DNA of 63,664 nt, filler included, from Octopus bimaculoides (GCF_001194135.2; 4 parts of 2 records of this genome joined end to end with filler, not necessarily neighbours in it), one strand, 5' to 3'; shown: positions 11,047 to 23,420, numbered from the whole stretch's first letter. Translations and numbers: made by a program. The notes: a model not told the origin generated them from the sequence alone.

Positions 11047-12273
11047 ATGGCAGAAAAGTTAAAAGAGAAGACTATTGTTTTGGAGTGGGAGATTGTCCCA
11101 CCCAAGCAGTGATTAAACGACTTCAGGGAAAGAACGGTGGTGTTGAGGACGTACTCTAAGTCACTCGACACCATCACGGTCTTTCCCCAAGTGGAAAGAG
11201 TTGGCAGAATGTCTGCCAACTATTAAGTTTATGGCCAGGGGTGTCGAGTACGCAACGGTTTGGTTGCTATTTGACACTCCTGAGGTATTTCGCAATTTTG
11301 CGACCCAGCCCTTAGAAGGGCAAAATATTCTGTTTCTTCCCATATACTGTGGAAAGAAATTAACTAGAGCTTGGGCTTGTGGCCTTCCACCCGGCATAGA
11401 ACGCGATTGGATAGAGGATACTATCCGCCGGGGTCTGGGTGGCAGCGCAGCCAAGCTCTTAAAGGTAAAAATTTTGCCTACGGTTGATTGGGTTGGGTCA
11501 AAAGCTGTTTTGATCCTGTGGACCCAATCAGCCAAAGATCTGGTCTTCCCAGATGTTTTAAGGATGGCCGGGCACAGGTATACGGTGATCCTTGAGGGAC
11601 GGACCCCCCACAAGTATCACCTATGCCTGGAGCCTGGCCAGATTAAGAAAAACTGTCCTCAGGATCAGAGTATGGTCCTGGAGCAGTTAATAAACGTAGT
11701 TCCCCCAGCTCCCCCACTGGAGGGAGAGGCGGAGGTAGTCGAAGAGGTGGAAACCTCCTCGAAGAAAGGAAAAATGAAAGGTGGGCAACAATGGTTGCCC
11801 ACCGAAGGCTGCGGAGGAAGAGGAGGACCTTCCGGTTAAGGCGGAAGTGTCCTCTACTGCCGTGGCCTCCAAAAAAGAATAAAAAGAACGGGACACGGTC
11901 GGTGCCTGATAGCGCACCACCGGCGTGTCCCGACGCTCCATTGGTGAGAAATGTGCCACCAACGGAGGAAGGCCTGTCGGTGGGAATTGTGCCGCCGACA
12001 GTAGAAAATGTGACCTCGCGCTATAAGGAGGAGGAATTTGTAATCCTCTTCCACAAGGGAAGGGACGTCGAAGAATTTGTGAAGAAGTTTACTAGGAAGT
12101 GTCGAAGGGGAGGGATCCTCACCTGTATCAAGGACCCTGATTGGCCTTCGCAGGTGGCTGCGGAGTTCGTGTGGGAAAATGATTTTGTACAGGGTGATGA
12201 ATTCCTTCCCCGAGGATGCATTCCGCTTCATACTGAAGTGGCCCAATCTAGAACCATCGAGGTGCTTGAGTGA
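11047..12273 (+). pseudogene. ORF1 (gag-like) of an L1/Tx1-clade non-LTR retrotransposon, disrupted, with no ORF2 downstream
   Basis: ATG at 11047 (MAEKLKEKTIVLEWEIV), one stop and frameshifts, then ORFs 11201-11839 and 11791-12273. Decayed zinc knuckle HKYHLCLEPGQIKKNC; the paralogue at 19311-19695 has an intact CYGCLKPGHIKKDC. Clade assignment is an inference. Confidence 0.65.
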
Positions 12274-12401
12274 ATCACCGAGATTTTTCGGCCGGTAAGG
12301 TGTAAGAGGACGAGTGCCTCATATCCAAAGGGCATGTGGCCCCTAAAAAGAAATGTGTAAGAGGCAGATGCCTCAGTTCAAGGACTTAATGACATTGTGA
12401 A

Positions 12402-12528
12402 GTAAGTAGCTTGCTTCCCAACAACATGGTTCCGTGTTCAGTCCCTCTGCGTGTCTTCTGCTATAGCCTCGGGTCAACCAAAGCTTTGTGAGTGGATTTG
12501 CTAGATGGAAACTGAAAGAATCCCGTCG

Positions 12529-12563
<35 letters not shown>

Positions 12564-12701
12564 TTGCGTCTGTTTGTCCCCCCTCCCAACATCACTTAAC
12601 AACCGATGCTGGTATGTTTACGTCCCCGTCACTTAGCGGTTCGGTAATAGAACCGATAGAATAAGTACTAGGCTTACAAAAAATAAGTCCCGGGATCGAT
12701 T
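12402..12701 (+). mobile_element. SINE-A family copy (5'-clipped)
   Basis: gtaagtagcttgctt...catggttcc..gttcagtccc...ctatagcctcggg...ggaaactgaaagaa.cccgtcg-(TA)(GT)n-gtttgtccccc...cttagcggttcgg; more than 10 copies in the window. Confidence 0.9.
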
Positions 12702-13834
12702 NNNNNNNNNNNNNNNNNNNNNNNNNNNNNNNNNNNNNNNNNNNNNNNNNNNNNNNNNNNNNNNNNNNNNNNNNNNNNNNNNNNNNNNNNNNNNNNNNNN
12801 NNNNNNNNNNNNNNNNNNNNNNNNNNNNNNNNNNNNNNNNNNNNNNNNNNNNNNNNNNNNNNNNNNNNNNNNNNNNNNNNNNNNNNNNNNNNNNNNNNNN
12901 NNNNNNNNNNNNNNNNNNNNNNNNNNNNNNNNNNNNNNNNNNNNNNNNNNNNNNNNNNNNNNNNNNNNNNNNNNNNNNNNNNNNNNNNNNNNNNNNNNNN
13001 NNNNNNNNNNNNNNNNNNNNNNNNNNNNNNNNNNNNNNNNNNNNNNNNNNNNNNNNNNNNNNNNNNNNNNNNNNNNNNNNNNNNNNNNNNNNNNNNNNNN
13101 NNNNNNNNNNNNNNNNNNNNNNNNNNNNNNNNNNNNNNNNNNNNNNNNNNNNNNNNNNNNNNNNNNNNNNNNNNNNNNNNNNNNNNNNNNNNNNNNNNNN
13201 NNNNNNNNNNNNNNNNNNNNNNNNNNNNNNNNNNNNNNNNNNNNNNNNNNNNNNNNNNNNNNNNNNNNNNNNNNNNNNNNNNNNNNNNNNNNNNNNNNNN
13301 NNNNNNNNNNNNNNNNNNNNNNNNNNNNNNNNNNNNNNNNNNNNNNNNNNNNNNNNNNNNNNNNNNNNNNNNNNNNNNNNNNNNNNNNNNNNNNNNNNNN
13401 NNNNNNNNNNNNNNNNNNNNNNNNNNNNNNNNNNNNNNNNNNNNNNNNNNNNNNNNNNNNNNNNNNNNNNNNNNTAGAGAGAGAGATAGAGAAAGAAAGA
13501 AAGAGAGAGAGAGAGAAAAGAGAAAGAGAGCGGGAGAAACGCGTATGTATGTTGCTCTTTGATTAAGAAGATTGTTTCCTAGCCAAGTGATCTTGGGTTC
13601 TCTGCCTCTGCATGGCACCTTAGGTAAGTGTCTATGGGTTCATATCAGTGTGAGTATATCTTCGTTTCCGTGTTTGTTCCTTCCACCACAGCTACAAATA
13701 CGTTGAATTATTATCATTAGCTGTTGATCGCAACTTCTGACTGGTGTCACAGTGATTAATTGCAAGAGTTTTTTTTTGTTTGTTTTGAACTCAGAAATTC
13801 ATAACCGGAACAAATATCGCGAAGTATCCCATCT

Positions 13835-14000
13835 AACAGCTTGAGAATTTAGCCCCTCCACCAACCGAACCTTAGCTGTTACTAATTTTATCAACCACGA
13901 ATGAATGAAAGGCAAAGTTGACCTCAATTGGATTTGAACTTAAAGAGTAGGAACAAATATAGTAAGGACTGATACTCAATATCTCAATGATTCTGTCAAT
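13835..14000 (-). mobile_element. SINE-B copy (diverged)
   Basis: gaatgaaaggcaaagttgacctc...ggatttgaact...aatgattctgtca is the reverse complement of the SINE-B core. Confidence 0.6.
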
Positions 14001-14369
14001 CAGCTGATCTCTCTTCATCTCTCTCTTGTGGCACGTATGCGAACAGCATTGAAAGACAGAGTTATATAAAATACCAACGTGATGTAGGAGCCTACTGTGG
14101 CTGCCCTTTTCCGACTGCCCTATTACCCCTAGACTATAAGTTTGTTCTTATCAATGGCATGTCAACTTTGAGAAAATCTTGATTCTGGAGATCATCTCTC
14201 CTAATATGAAACTATTCCCAATTGCTCTTTGGTAATAATAAAACATTTACTAGAATCGGTATTAATTTTAATAAATCAGACGTGATGTTGTATGCTATTT
14301 CATATACATGTAATTCCTTATGTTACACATATATGGCACTTGACACTAAGTTATTTCTCTTATCTCAAT

Positions 14370-14503
14370 TTTGTAGTAAAGATTGTTTGCCAACACAACA
14401 TGGCTGTCCTGGTTTAGGACGAATGTTGCTGTAATTTAACCCCAGGAGACATCGTCTAAACCAGGACTGCCATGTTATATTGGCAAACAATCTTTACTAC
14501 AAA
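14370..14503. repeat. 134-bp hairpin (inverted repeat; MITE-like)
   Basis: tttgtagtaaagattgtttgccaacacaacatggctgtcctggtttaggacga pairs with tcgtctaaaccaggactgccatgttatattggcaaacaatctttactacaaa. Arms of ~55 bp, loop of ~20-25 nt. Confidence 0.9.
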
Positions 14504-14689
14504 GTACTGTTGCTGAATATCTCACATTGTGAGATATAAAAATAGTAATTTTCTATCTCATTTTTGTTTAATTTATGCAGACTATTTTGTTTTTAAATGA
14601 GTTCTAATATTTTTGTATTAGTTTATTAGCTACGGGAAATAAGGTAGGACAATAGTCATGCTGATGACCTGTATTGAGGTAGAAAAACG

Positions 14690-15565
14690 GTGCAAAAGCC
14701 TCCTACTATAACGGGGCCCTAAATGCTAGCGGATTTAGGAACCGCATCTCCTACATGTCAGGTTCCAGCATCCGTAGACGGAAGGACAAGAGAAATATCA
14801 TTTGGCTTGTCCCCACTTCTCAACGTAAAAACGTTTGTATATACGATATTCCTTAAGTTAATAGATAAACACTTTACTAGCACCAAAACCATCAACACAA
14901 CAGCCCCACTCCCGACAACAGCGGCAGCAGCGACGCCAACTCTGACAGACATACCACCGCCAATACCCGGCCATATAGATACCTCGCCTGTTCGGGGAAT
15001 TCATTCAAACAACGCCTCTCCAACCACAGATCCTCCTTCAGCATACTGGAAAGGAGGTTCGTCACGTCATTAGCCAGCAACTTACGGCAGCTAATAGACG
15101 ACAGCATACCATACATTCCAGTATCATGGAAAATCCTAGAGAATCCAGGCCCCTACATTATCGAGACAAACCGCTGTAAATTATGCATGGCGTAACAGGC
15201 GAGAATCCTAAAGGACTCCCTCGACCCAGGGAATATCCTGAACAACAGAAGGGAGGTCTTCGGACCGTGCTTGCGTTTCAGGAAATTCCTGCTAGCCTAT
15301 TGGAACCCACAAGATACCATGGCCACCGTCGATCGATTGCCAAAGGAACACAACTCCTTTGTTGACATCAGCAATCGATAACCAAGGGAAGATAATCCCC
15401 TTTGGTGACATTGAATAAGGAGCTCATTTCCTCGTCCATATTCGAGAGACGCCACTCACTCGAGAGACCTTTTGTCAATAGGTTTTAGGATTTGGTGACA
15501 CGGCATAAAGCCAGACCTTTTATGGACGTGAAGCCTAAGGTAATCCCATAATCCGGCCTTATCTA
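14690..15565 (+). mobile_element. Penelope-like element 3' remnant (linker plus GIY-YIG C-terminal half, internally deleted)
   Basis: YNGALNASGF...KRNIIWL; IFLKLIDKHF; YRYLACSGNSFKQRLSNHRSSF...TSLASNLRQL...VSWKILE...RCKLCM...ILNNRREVFGPC.RFRKFLL. The coding remnant ends at ~15310. Confidence 0.85.
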
Positions 15566-16218
15566 ATTTTAATATATATATATACATATACATACATGCA
15601 CATACACACGCACGCACGCACAAACACTCACACACACAATACACACACACAGGAATATATACGGCTCATAACATTCGGCTGAATTTATAATTTAGTGAGT
15701 TTACTATTGCCGTCTATGCGGATCATAATTAATCAATATGTTGTATTTATGCTCAATAATAAATACAAATTAGGAAAAGGAAATTGAAAAAATGGAAAGG
15801 AAAATCTATGAAGAGAAAATAATATATATTAAAATATGAAAAACAAAAGAAAATAATAAAGTAAACCTATAGTTGTAAAAGATGTAAATGAAAAAACTTA
15901 TGATCTTTGTCATTAATTGTATTGGATTTACTCGCTATTGTTAATAAAAAACAGGAGCATAGATGTTTATAATGATAATATCTGAATAATAATATTTATT
16001 ATCATAGTTATTAACATGAATACTTGTAATATTGTAATAAATATTACATTGTTACGAAATTCGCTATCATAGATATGTTGAACAATAAATAAGAAAATAT
16101 TATTAAAATATACAAGTGTCAATTATGGTTGCAATACGAAATTAATTTTATTGCCTTTACACGTTAGACAATTCTAGTGTGCTAATTTCTTTATATGTTT
16201 ATATATTTATATATTATA

Positions 16219-17310
16219 CACGGCAGTACTCAAAAGAAACCGGAATTTCGCAATATTATTTCATTCGTTTAGTTTTACACCGCCTTAAAAGTATTCTCAA
16301 TTTGGAGTAATGCATCGGTCCAGACGTGTTTTCCCCTGTTCGAAGCAGTCCTAGAACTCTTGCGACGTGATTCCTTTTAACACTTCCGTCGATTGTTTTT
16401 TTCACCTCTTCCACATCTTCAAAACTTTTAACTTTAAGGACTTAAAAAAAAGTTGCAGGGGGCAAGATCAGGTGAACAGTTAAGGTGAGTGAACAGAGTC
16501 ATGCCATTTTTGGTCAAAATCTATCTCACACTCAAGGGGGGTATGCAAAGGTGCATTGTCATAATGAAGCCACCACTCTCCACTTTGCCATTGGTTGGGG
16601 TATTTTCGTCTCGCTGTGTCTCGGAAACGCTTGGGAACTGCCAAGTAAAATATCTTGTTGACAGTTTGGCCTGGAGGAACACATACTGTGTGAACTTTCC
16701 ATTCGCATCGATGAGACAACTCAACATCGTCTTGACAATGGACTTCACTTGACGCACTCTTAGGGGGCCTGGTGACACTGATTGCTTCCACTGACATGAT
16801 TACTGCATTATTTCCGGGTCACCAGTGATGACCTTCGAAAAAAGGTCCAGATCAACATCAAACTTTTCTTTCAGTCCATGACATGCATACAGTCGTAACT
16901 GTTTTTGATCATCCGTGTTTTTGATAAAAAAAATTCGATCAACAAAATTCGTTGGGAAGAGCTCGAGGTCATACCAGTCATATCAACAAGTTCGCCAATT
17001 ATTCGGTGACGGTCCTCAAAGATCAATTCATGAATTTTCGTGATGTGTTCACTTGTTCGGGAGGTCGACGGTCGCCCTGAGCGACGTTGGTCCTCAAGTG
17101 AAAATTGACCATTCCTAAAATGTGAAAGCCATTCGCAACCTTGTGTTTTGCTCATGGCAGCGTCTTTGTAAGTTGTTTCAAGCATGACAGCTCTTTCGGC
17201 CGCCGTTTTCCCGAGAAGAAAACAGAATTTCTTGGAAGCACGATGTCCCTTCGTTTCAGCCATTGGAAAAATCGACGAACAGGGGAGAAGCACTGCAAAG
17301 CGAAGACGCA
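16219..17310 (-). mobile_element. Mariner (DD34D) transposon relic
   Basis: KFCFLLGKTA...EW..F..G..SLEDQRRSGRP (HTH), ITGD/PE (ETWxYxYD deleted), PPGQTVN...WWLHYDNAPLH, SPDLAPCNF. TA|cacggcagtactcaaaagaaaccggaat TIR at 16219; the other TIR is lost. Confidence 0.9.
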
Positions 17311-17629
17311 CCACATGGCAGTTGGACTGCAGTTAGAATTTTCTTCGTGTTGAGTAGCACATCCCGCTGAAATGGTCCTTGAATAAGAGTTATTAAAGGT
17401 TATTTAAGGATGTTGAACGAAACACTCATGTTTCCAGAAGTGAATTATTCAAACTCCAAAGAATTGCTCTCAACAAGAATTGCTATGATGCTCCCCAACT
17501 ACTCCTCGTGATCCGAGATGAACATATCGTAAGCCACCAAAGGACATACTCAAGTGGTTAAAGTCAAACTGACTAGCAAATTTGTGGTATTGAGCAGATA
17601 TTTGCTGTAGCCCATTTTTTACACCAAGA

Positions 17630-17659
17630 ATATTATTGTTATTGTTATTATTATTATTA

Positions 17660-17704
<45 letters not shown>

Positions 17705-17745
17705 GTTGTTGGTGTTCTTGTTGTTCTTGTTCTTGTTGTTGTTAA
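17630..17745. repeat. (ATT)n/(GTT)n microsatellite
   Basis: Direct reading. Confidence 0.95.
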
Positions 17746-17962
17746 GTTGGCGAGCTGGCAGCATCGTTAGCGCGTCGGGTGAAATGCTGCGCGGCTGCTT
17801 TGACGGTTCTTTACCTTCTGATTTCAAATATCACTGCAGTCAACATTGCCTGTTATCCTTTCGGGGTCAATAAGATACAGTACCGTTTGAGCTCTTGAGT
17901 TAATGCAATCGGCTAACCACCTCCCTCTACATTTCAGGCCTTGCGCCATTAGTAGAAAGGAT
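17746..17962 (+). mobile_element. SINE-B copy, near full length
   Basis: ggcgagctggcagcatcgttagcgcgtcgggtgaaatgct...tttcaaat...cctttcggggtcaataa...agtagaaagg. Confidence 0.85.
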
Positions 17963-19017
17963 ATTTTTTAGTAATTGCTATAACGCAATCCTGCTAAAAA
18001 GTTTATTGATGAAGCATATTATTTCTAAAACAATAATAACTGTAGATTTAGAGGTAACTGAATAAAAAAATACAATGCCTTGAATTGTAATTCTCCTATT
18101 TGAAACAACGTTGATAAAACAAGATACACAGCTATACTTTCCTATAAAAAATGAAATGAACCAGCCTTCATATTGAAAACGAAATTTCTGCCAATGCTAT
18201 CGAGGGCATTGGAGCTTCCATGACACTGGACCTGATATTCAAAGTCAGTTGATACATGAGATACGAATATATGAGCGACTGGTTGTCTGGCTTAACCTTA
18301 GAGCACTTACTCAATAATACAAAATATCTAAAATGACTGAATCCAATAATAATAAAAAACAAGTTGAAACAGAAATTTTCCGAAATATCTTACATTCTGA
18401 TTTAGTACACCTGCTTCAACAGCAAAAGAAATTAGCATTTTTCAATCATATTCAATTTTAAGCTAAATGTGACAACTACAATGAGTTTTCTCTTAATAAC
18501 ATCAAACCAAAACGCATTCTCCTTCTTTGCTTGAAATTATATAACAGGTAACGATAGTACCTGGAGTTGTAGAGATTAGTGAAATGTATAAGAAAGATAT
18601 ATTGTGTTGGGTTATGAATGAATACATTTCTCATTTGCTTCTTTTTCCTGTTTCTCAAAAGCAATTCAGGGAAACAGCTAATCACAGGGCGGCTTTTAGG
18701 TCAATGACAATGGTTATGAATGATTCAAACGCAGACGATGCTTGAGAAATGAGTATGAAACATGTTGCCTGGTCGCCCTTGGAAAATAATTCCAAACGAC
18801 TGCAATAAAAAGAGAAATTTCCTTGTCGATCCGAAAAAAATAAGTTGAGCAACATCTGAACACATGCGCGAATACGTGTGTGCCTGAATACATATTCATA
18901 TANNNNNNNNNNNNNNNNNNNNNNNNNNNNNNNNNNNNNNNNNNNNNNNNNNNNNNNNNNNNNNNNNNNNNNNNNNNNNNNNNNNNNNNNNNNNNNNNNN
19001 NNNNNATATATATATAT

Positions 19018-19072
<55 letters not shown>

Positions 19073-19077
19073 ATAGG

Positions 19078-19310
19078 CACATGGTTCCGGGTTCAGTCCC
19101 AATGGGTGGCATCTTGGGCAAGTGTCTTCTACTATAGCCTCGGGCCGACCGAAGCCCTGTGAATGGATTTGGTAGACGGAAACTGAAAGAAGCCCGTCGT
19201 ATGTATGCATATATGTGTGTGTGTGTGTGTATGTTTGTTTGTCTGTGTTTGTCCCCGTAGCATTGCTTGAAAACCGATGCTGGTGTGTTTATGTCCCCGT
19301 CATCTAGCGG
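19078..19310 (+). mobile_element. SINE-A copy (truncated at both ends)
   Basis: Matches the SINE-A body. The 3' junction abuts the minus-strand ORF1 fragment. Confidence 0.9.
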
Positions 19311-19695
19311 ATGATCCCCCTTCCACCTCTACATTATTTATGTGCGGTTTCGGCGGGCTACTATTAATGCCTGCCTTTCTCTTTTTCCCTCTTTCACGTA
19401 AGGCCTCCACCTCCGCATTTTTTCCCACCTGCTGAGCTGGACTGCGTTCTTTATTGACTGCTCCTGGGCCACTCTCTGGTCCCGGCGACAATCCTTCTTT
19501 ATATGGCCAGGCTTCAGGCACCCGTAACACTTGGGGGCGTCTCTCAAGGATCATAGGATACCTAGATCCTGCCATAGTCAAGTAGTCTGGAAAAACCAGA
19601 CTGTCAGCGGCTAACTGGGTCCAGAGAGACAACACGGCTTTTGTCCGTCCCAATCAGCTGCCGGCAATACTTTGACATTTAACAATTTTCCGAAA
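19311..19695 (-). pseudogene. Second L1/Tx1-type ORF1 fragment with CCHC zinc knuckle
   Basis: KLLNVKVLPAADW...KAVLSLWTQ...LVFPDYLTMAGSRYPMILE...PKCYGCLKPGHIKKDC aligns with KLLKVKILPTVDW.GSKAVLILWTQ...LVFPDVLRMAGHRYTVILE at 11.45-11.66 kb. Confidence 0.75.
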
Positions 19696-19707
19696 AACCA
19701 ACGCAAC

Positions 19708-20261
19708 CAAAGGCGAACAAAATTGCCTCAAGACCAGTGGAGATAACTTACTAGTTAAAAAATATATAAAATACGAGCAACGCACCCCCACTGTGCCCCC
19801 AACACAAAATTTCTCCTACCGTCAGACTGTGCTGCTAGTATCTTTTCGTAGACTTAATCTACAACAGAACTAAATTTAGCTGTGTTTTACACAGTTAAAA
19901 TGTCCACTGTCCTCTGGCCTATTCGAACTCTTGGCTAGGCCTGGGTAATCCAATATAGGTAATCCTCGATATCCAAATAATTTTATCCATAAAAAGTGGT
20001 GCTTGAATATCCATAAACAGGAACAAAAATCCATTTACGAAAGTCTTCAGTAAGAATTTTTCAACGTAACTAACTCAAGCAAAGGCGAACAAAATTGCCC
20101 CGAGACCAGTGGAGATACGTTACTAGTGAAAAATAACAATACAATACAAATAATGCACCCCCACTGTGCCCCAGAAACAAAATTTCTCCTACCTTCAGGC
20201 TGCGCTGCTAATATCTTTTCGTAGACTTAATCCACAACAGAGCTAAATTTAGCTGTGTTGT
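19708..20261. repeat. Two ~180-bp direct repeats (19708-19886, 20080-20259), each ending in a palindrome
   Basis: caaaggcgaacaaaattgcc...gagaccagtggagata...gcacccccactgtgcccc...cttttcgtagacttaatc.acaacaga.ctaaatttagctgtgtt occurs twice, 372 bp apart. Confidence 0.9.
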
Positions 20262-20377
20262 CATTATGGTTAGAAAAAAACCACTCAGGTCCGCACATGC
20301 GTAGAAGCAAGCTTCTTACCATATAGTCACGCCTGCGCCTTCACACACAGACACACAGACATACACACACACTCATA

Positions 20378-20960
20378 CAGAGGGGTTAGTTAATTATCGT
20401 TTTACCCATATTCCCCTCTCCGATTCACACACTTATTGCAGTGGCCTTTCAGCTTTTCTAAGCCCTGTAAAAAGAACTCGAAAGGTTGGACCTGTAACCA
20501 GGCCTCTGTAGCAGCGATAACTTCCAAACTGGACTGAGATTTCGTTCCCTTGAGATGTTTTATCAGTTGTGGAAAGAGACGATAGTCGAAGCAGGCCAAG
20601 TCAAGGGAGTAATCTACCAATTCGAAGTCCAAGTCGCGTATTTTTCATGTGCTGTGTGTGCTGGGACATTGTCATGCTAACACAAAACACCACGGCTCAG
20701 CTTTCCACTCCGTTACAGCTTCAAAGCTTCACTTCGTTTGTTCTGCGTTGAATGTGTGACACTTTCGCAGATATTTTATAAGACGTACTCCGTCTTTTTC
20801 CCAGAACACTGAAGTCAGAAACTTTCTTGCTGAGTTCTGAATCCGAACCTCTTGGGACGCGGTGAGCCGATGTGAAGCCATTGCATTGATTGCTACTTGG
20901 TCTGAGGATCATAATGATAAAGCCAAGTTTCATCCTTGGTGACTAAGCGAACCATAAAAA
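20378..20960 (-). mobile_element. Second mariner relic (catalytic C-terminal half)
   Basis: VTKDETWLYHYDP...QSMQW...SPRPKR, HDNVPAH, YSLDLACFDYRLFPQLIKHLKG...KCVNRRGEY. TA|cagaggggttagttaattat TIR-like end at 20378. Confidence 0.85.
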
Positions 20961-21004
20961 TCACCTTCTCCCGCTTCAATCCAGTCTAAAAGTGCCATAA
21001 GTTT

Positions 21005-21562
21005 TATAGAATTTTTAATAGGTGAACGCTGAAGGTTAGCTATTGTTGCTACGAAAACTTCACCTCATTTATTAACCAACACAGCACAAAATACATTAGA
21101 AGCAACCACAATGCCGAATTTAATCAGAAGAATTGCACTTTCAAAGATCGGAGTTGCTGTCCTTTAGAAAGAAAATGTCTTCAAAAAAGAATAGTTTATA
21201 GAGCTACAGTACAAATGGATGGCTCACAAGAATATAAAACATACACAGGAGCTTCGGAAAATTCATTCAAGACTAAGTTTTATTCCCACCGAAATTCTCT
21301 TCGATACCCCAAAAGTAGGACAACAGTAAGTCTTGCAAAACATGTCTGGCCATTGAAGAAATATGGCACCCGTCCTTTCAATATCAGGTGGAAAATTTTG
21401 GAGAAAGCAGCACCATATAAACATGGAACATATAGAAGACCAGTGAGAAGCAATCTTTGCCTCTCAGAGGTATTCTTCATCCCGTTCCAAGACGAACATG
21501 TATTGAACCAAAGACGAGAACTTTTAAATGCCTGCAGGCACGCTACGAGGTTTAAAATGTGA
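21005..21562 (+). pseudogene. Penelope-like GIY-YIG endonuclease remnant
   Basis: YRIFNR*TLKVSYCC...CTFKDRSCCPLERKCLQKRIVYRATV...KTYTGASENSFKTKFYSH...LAKHVW...IRWKILE...LCLSE...LNQRRELLNACRH, in one frame with one stop. Confidence 0.9.
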
Positions 21563-21974
21563 ACTGAAAAAATGCTGTATGGGTAAAACTGTTTTGACTT
21601 TCGAAAACTGTCTTTGACTTTCGCATTGGAATTCGGCTTTACACCTAAAATATTGACATCCTTTACTATTACAATGCTGGTACATATTTCGCCTTCATAT
21701 TTTACGTTAGACTTTTAAGAAACCCTTTAACTGTTTCGCAAATTTAAATTTAAATTTTAGCGAAGTTAGATTTTTATTTATTTTTTATTCATTTTCATAT
21801 TTGAATTTTAAATTTCAAATTTATGTATTTATATTAAATTTAATCGTATTGTATTAGCTCATTGTACAATTTTCTTATTTTAATATTTTATACACCAGGC
21901 AGTTTTCCAATATATCTGTACACGTATATACGTTATGGCATATATATGTATCTTGATGTGAATATATGTATATG

Positions 21975-21976
<2 letters not shown>

Positions 21977-22037
<61 letters not shown>

Positions 22038-22218
22038 NNNNNNNNNNNNNNNNNNNNNNNNNNNNNNNNNNNNNNNNNNNNNNNNNNNNNNNNNNNNNNN
22101 NNNNNNNNNNNNNNNNNNNNNNNNNNNNNNNNNNNNNNNNNNNNNNNNNNNNNNNNNNNNNNNNNNNNNNNNNNNNNNNNNNNNNNNNNNNNNNNNNNNN
22201 NNNNNNNNNNNNNNNNNN

Positions 22219-22260
<42 letters not shown>
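21977..22260. repeat. (TC)n and (TA)n microsatellites flanking an N-gap
   Basis: Direct reading. Confidence 0.95.
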
Positions 22261-22261
<1 letters not shown>

Positions 22262-22962
22262 GTATATGTTTATTTGAATGTTTGTATGCGTGTCTACATG
22301 TGTGTTACTATTGTATATACGTACGTATTTACGTAGATTTGCATATCTTTTTATATGTGTACATTTGCAAGCTTACTGAAATATCTAACATTTGTTAGAT
22401 ACATTTTGGGAACGACAACTTCCAAATCATTTCTCTATCTCTCTATATATGTTTTCTGTCACTCTATTTTATCTCTTTCCCTTTCTATTTTCTCTTTCTC
22501 TTTTTTCTTTCTCCCACCACTTCTTTTTCCCTCTTTTCTTTCTCTCCCCGCTTATTATTTTCTGATTTTGTGTTTTTGTTTTCTTTCTCTAGCTTTTAAC
22601 AACTAAGTTGTATATTTAGAATTACATTCGAGATGAATTATGCGTGTATATATGTACGTGGAAACCTATATATGCATTAATATATACATATATGTTTTGC
22701 CTGTATCTGTTTGTATATGTATGTAGGCATGTAGCAACGATTGTATGTTTAGTGAATATATGTATATATAGGTTTTTTGGTATGTGTATTTAATACTAAA
22801 TGTACATATATTTTTATGATGTTTTTATTTTAAACGGACATGTCTTTTTAATTTAAATTCATTTTATCATCAATTAATTTACCCTGGGTATACAAGATTT
22901 CCTACTTCTATTAAAACTAATTTTTGATTTAAGGTATTCTTCGATTTTGAATAATAATAATA

Positions 22963-23126
22963 GGCGTACGAGTGGCTGTGTGGTAAGTAGCTTGCTTCCC
23001 AACCACATGGTTCCGGGTTCATTCCCACTGCGTGGCACCTTAGGCAAGTGTCTTCTACTATAGCCTTGGCCCGACCAAAGCCTTGTGAGTGGATTTGGTA
23101 GAGGAAACTGAAAGAAGCCTGTCCTA

Positions 23127-23199
<73 letters not shown>

Positions 23200-23420
23200 G
23201 TATGTGTGTGTATGTGTTCGTGTGTCTGTGTTTGTCCCCCCAACATCACTTGACAACCGATGGTGGTGTGTTTACGTCCCCGTAACTTAGCGGTTCGGCA
23301 AAATAGACCGATATAATAAGTACTAGGCATCGAAAGAATAAGTCCTGGGGTCGATTTTCTCGACTAAAGGCGGTGCTCTAGCATGGCCGCAGTCAAATGA
23401 CTGAAACAAGTAAAAGAGTA
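22963..23420 (+). mobile_element. SINE-A, full length, with internal (TA)n/(TATG)n expansion
   Basis: Head ggcgtacgagtggctgtgtggtaag (A-box-like), ggttcattccc (B-box-like), body, tail gactgaaacaagtaaaagag. Confidence 0.92.
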
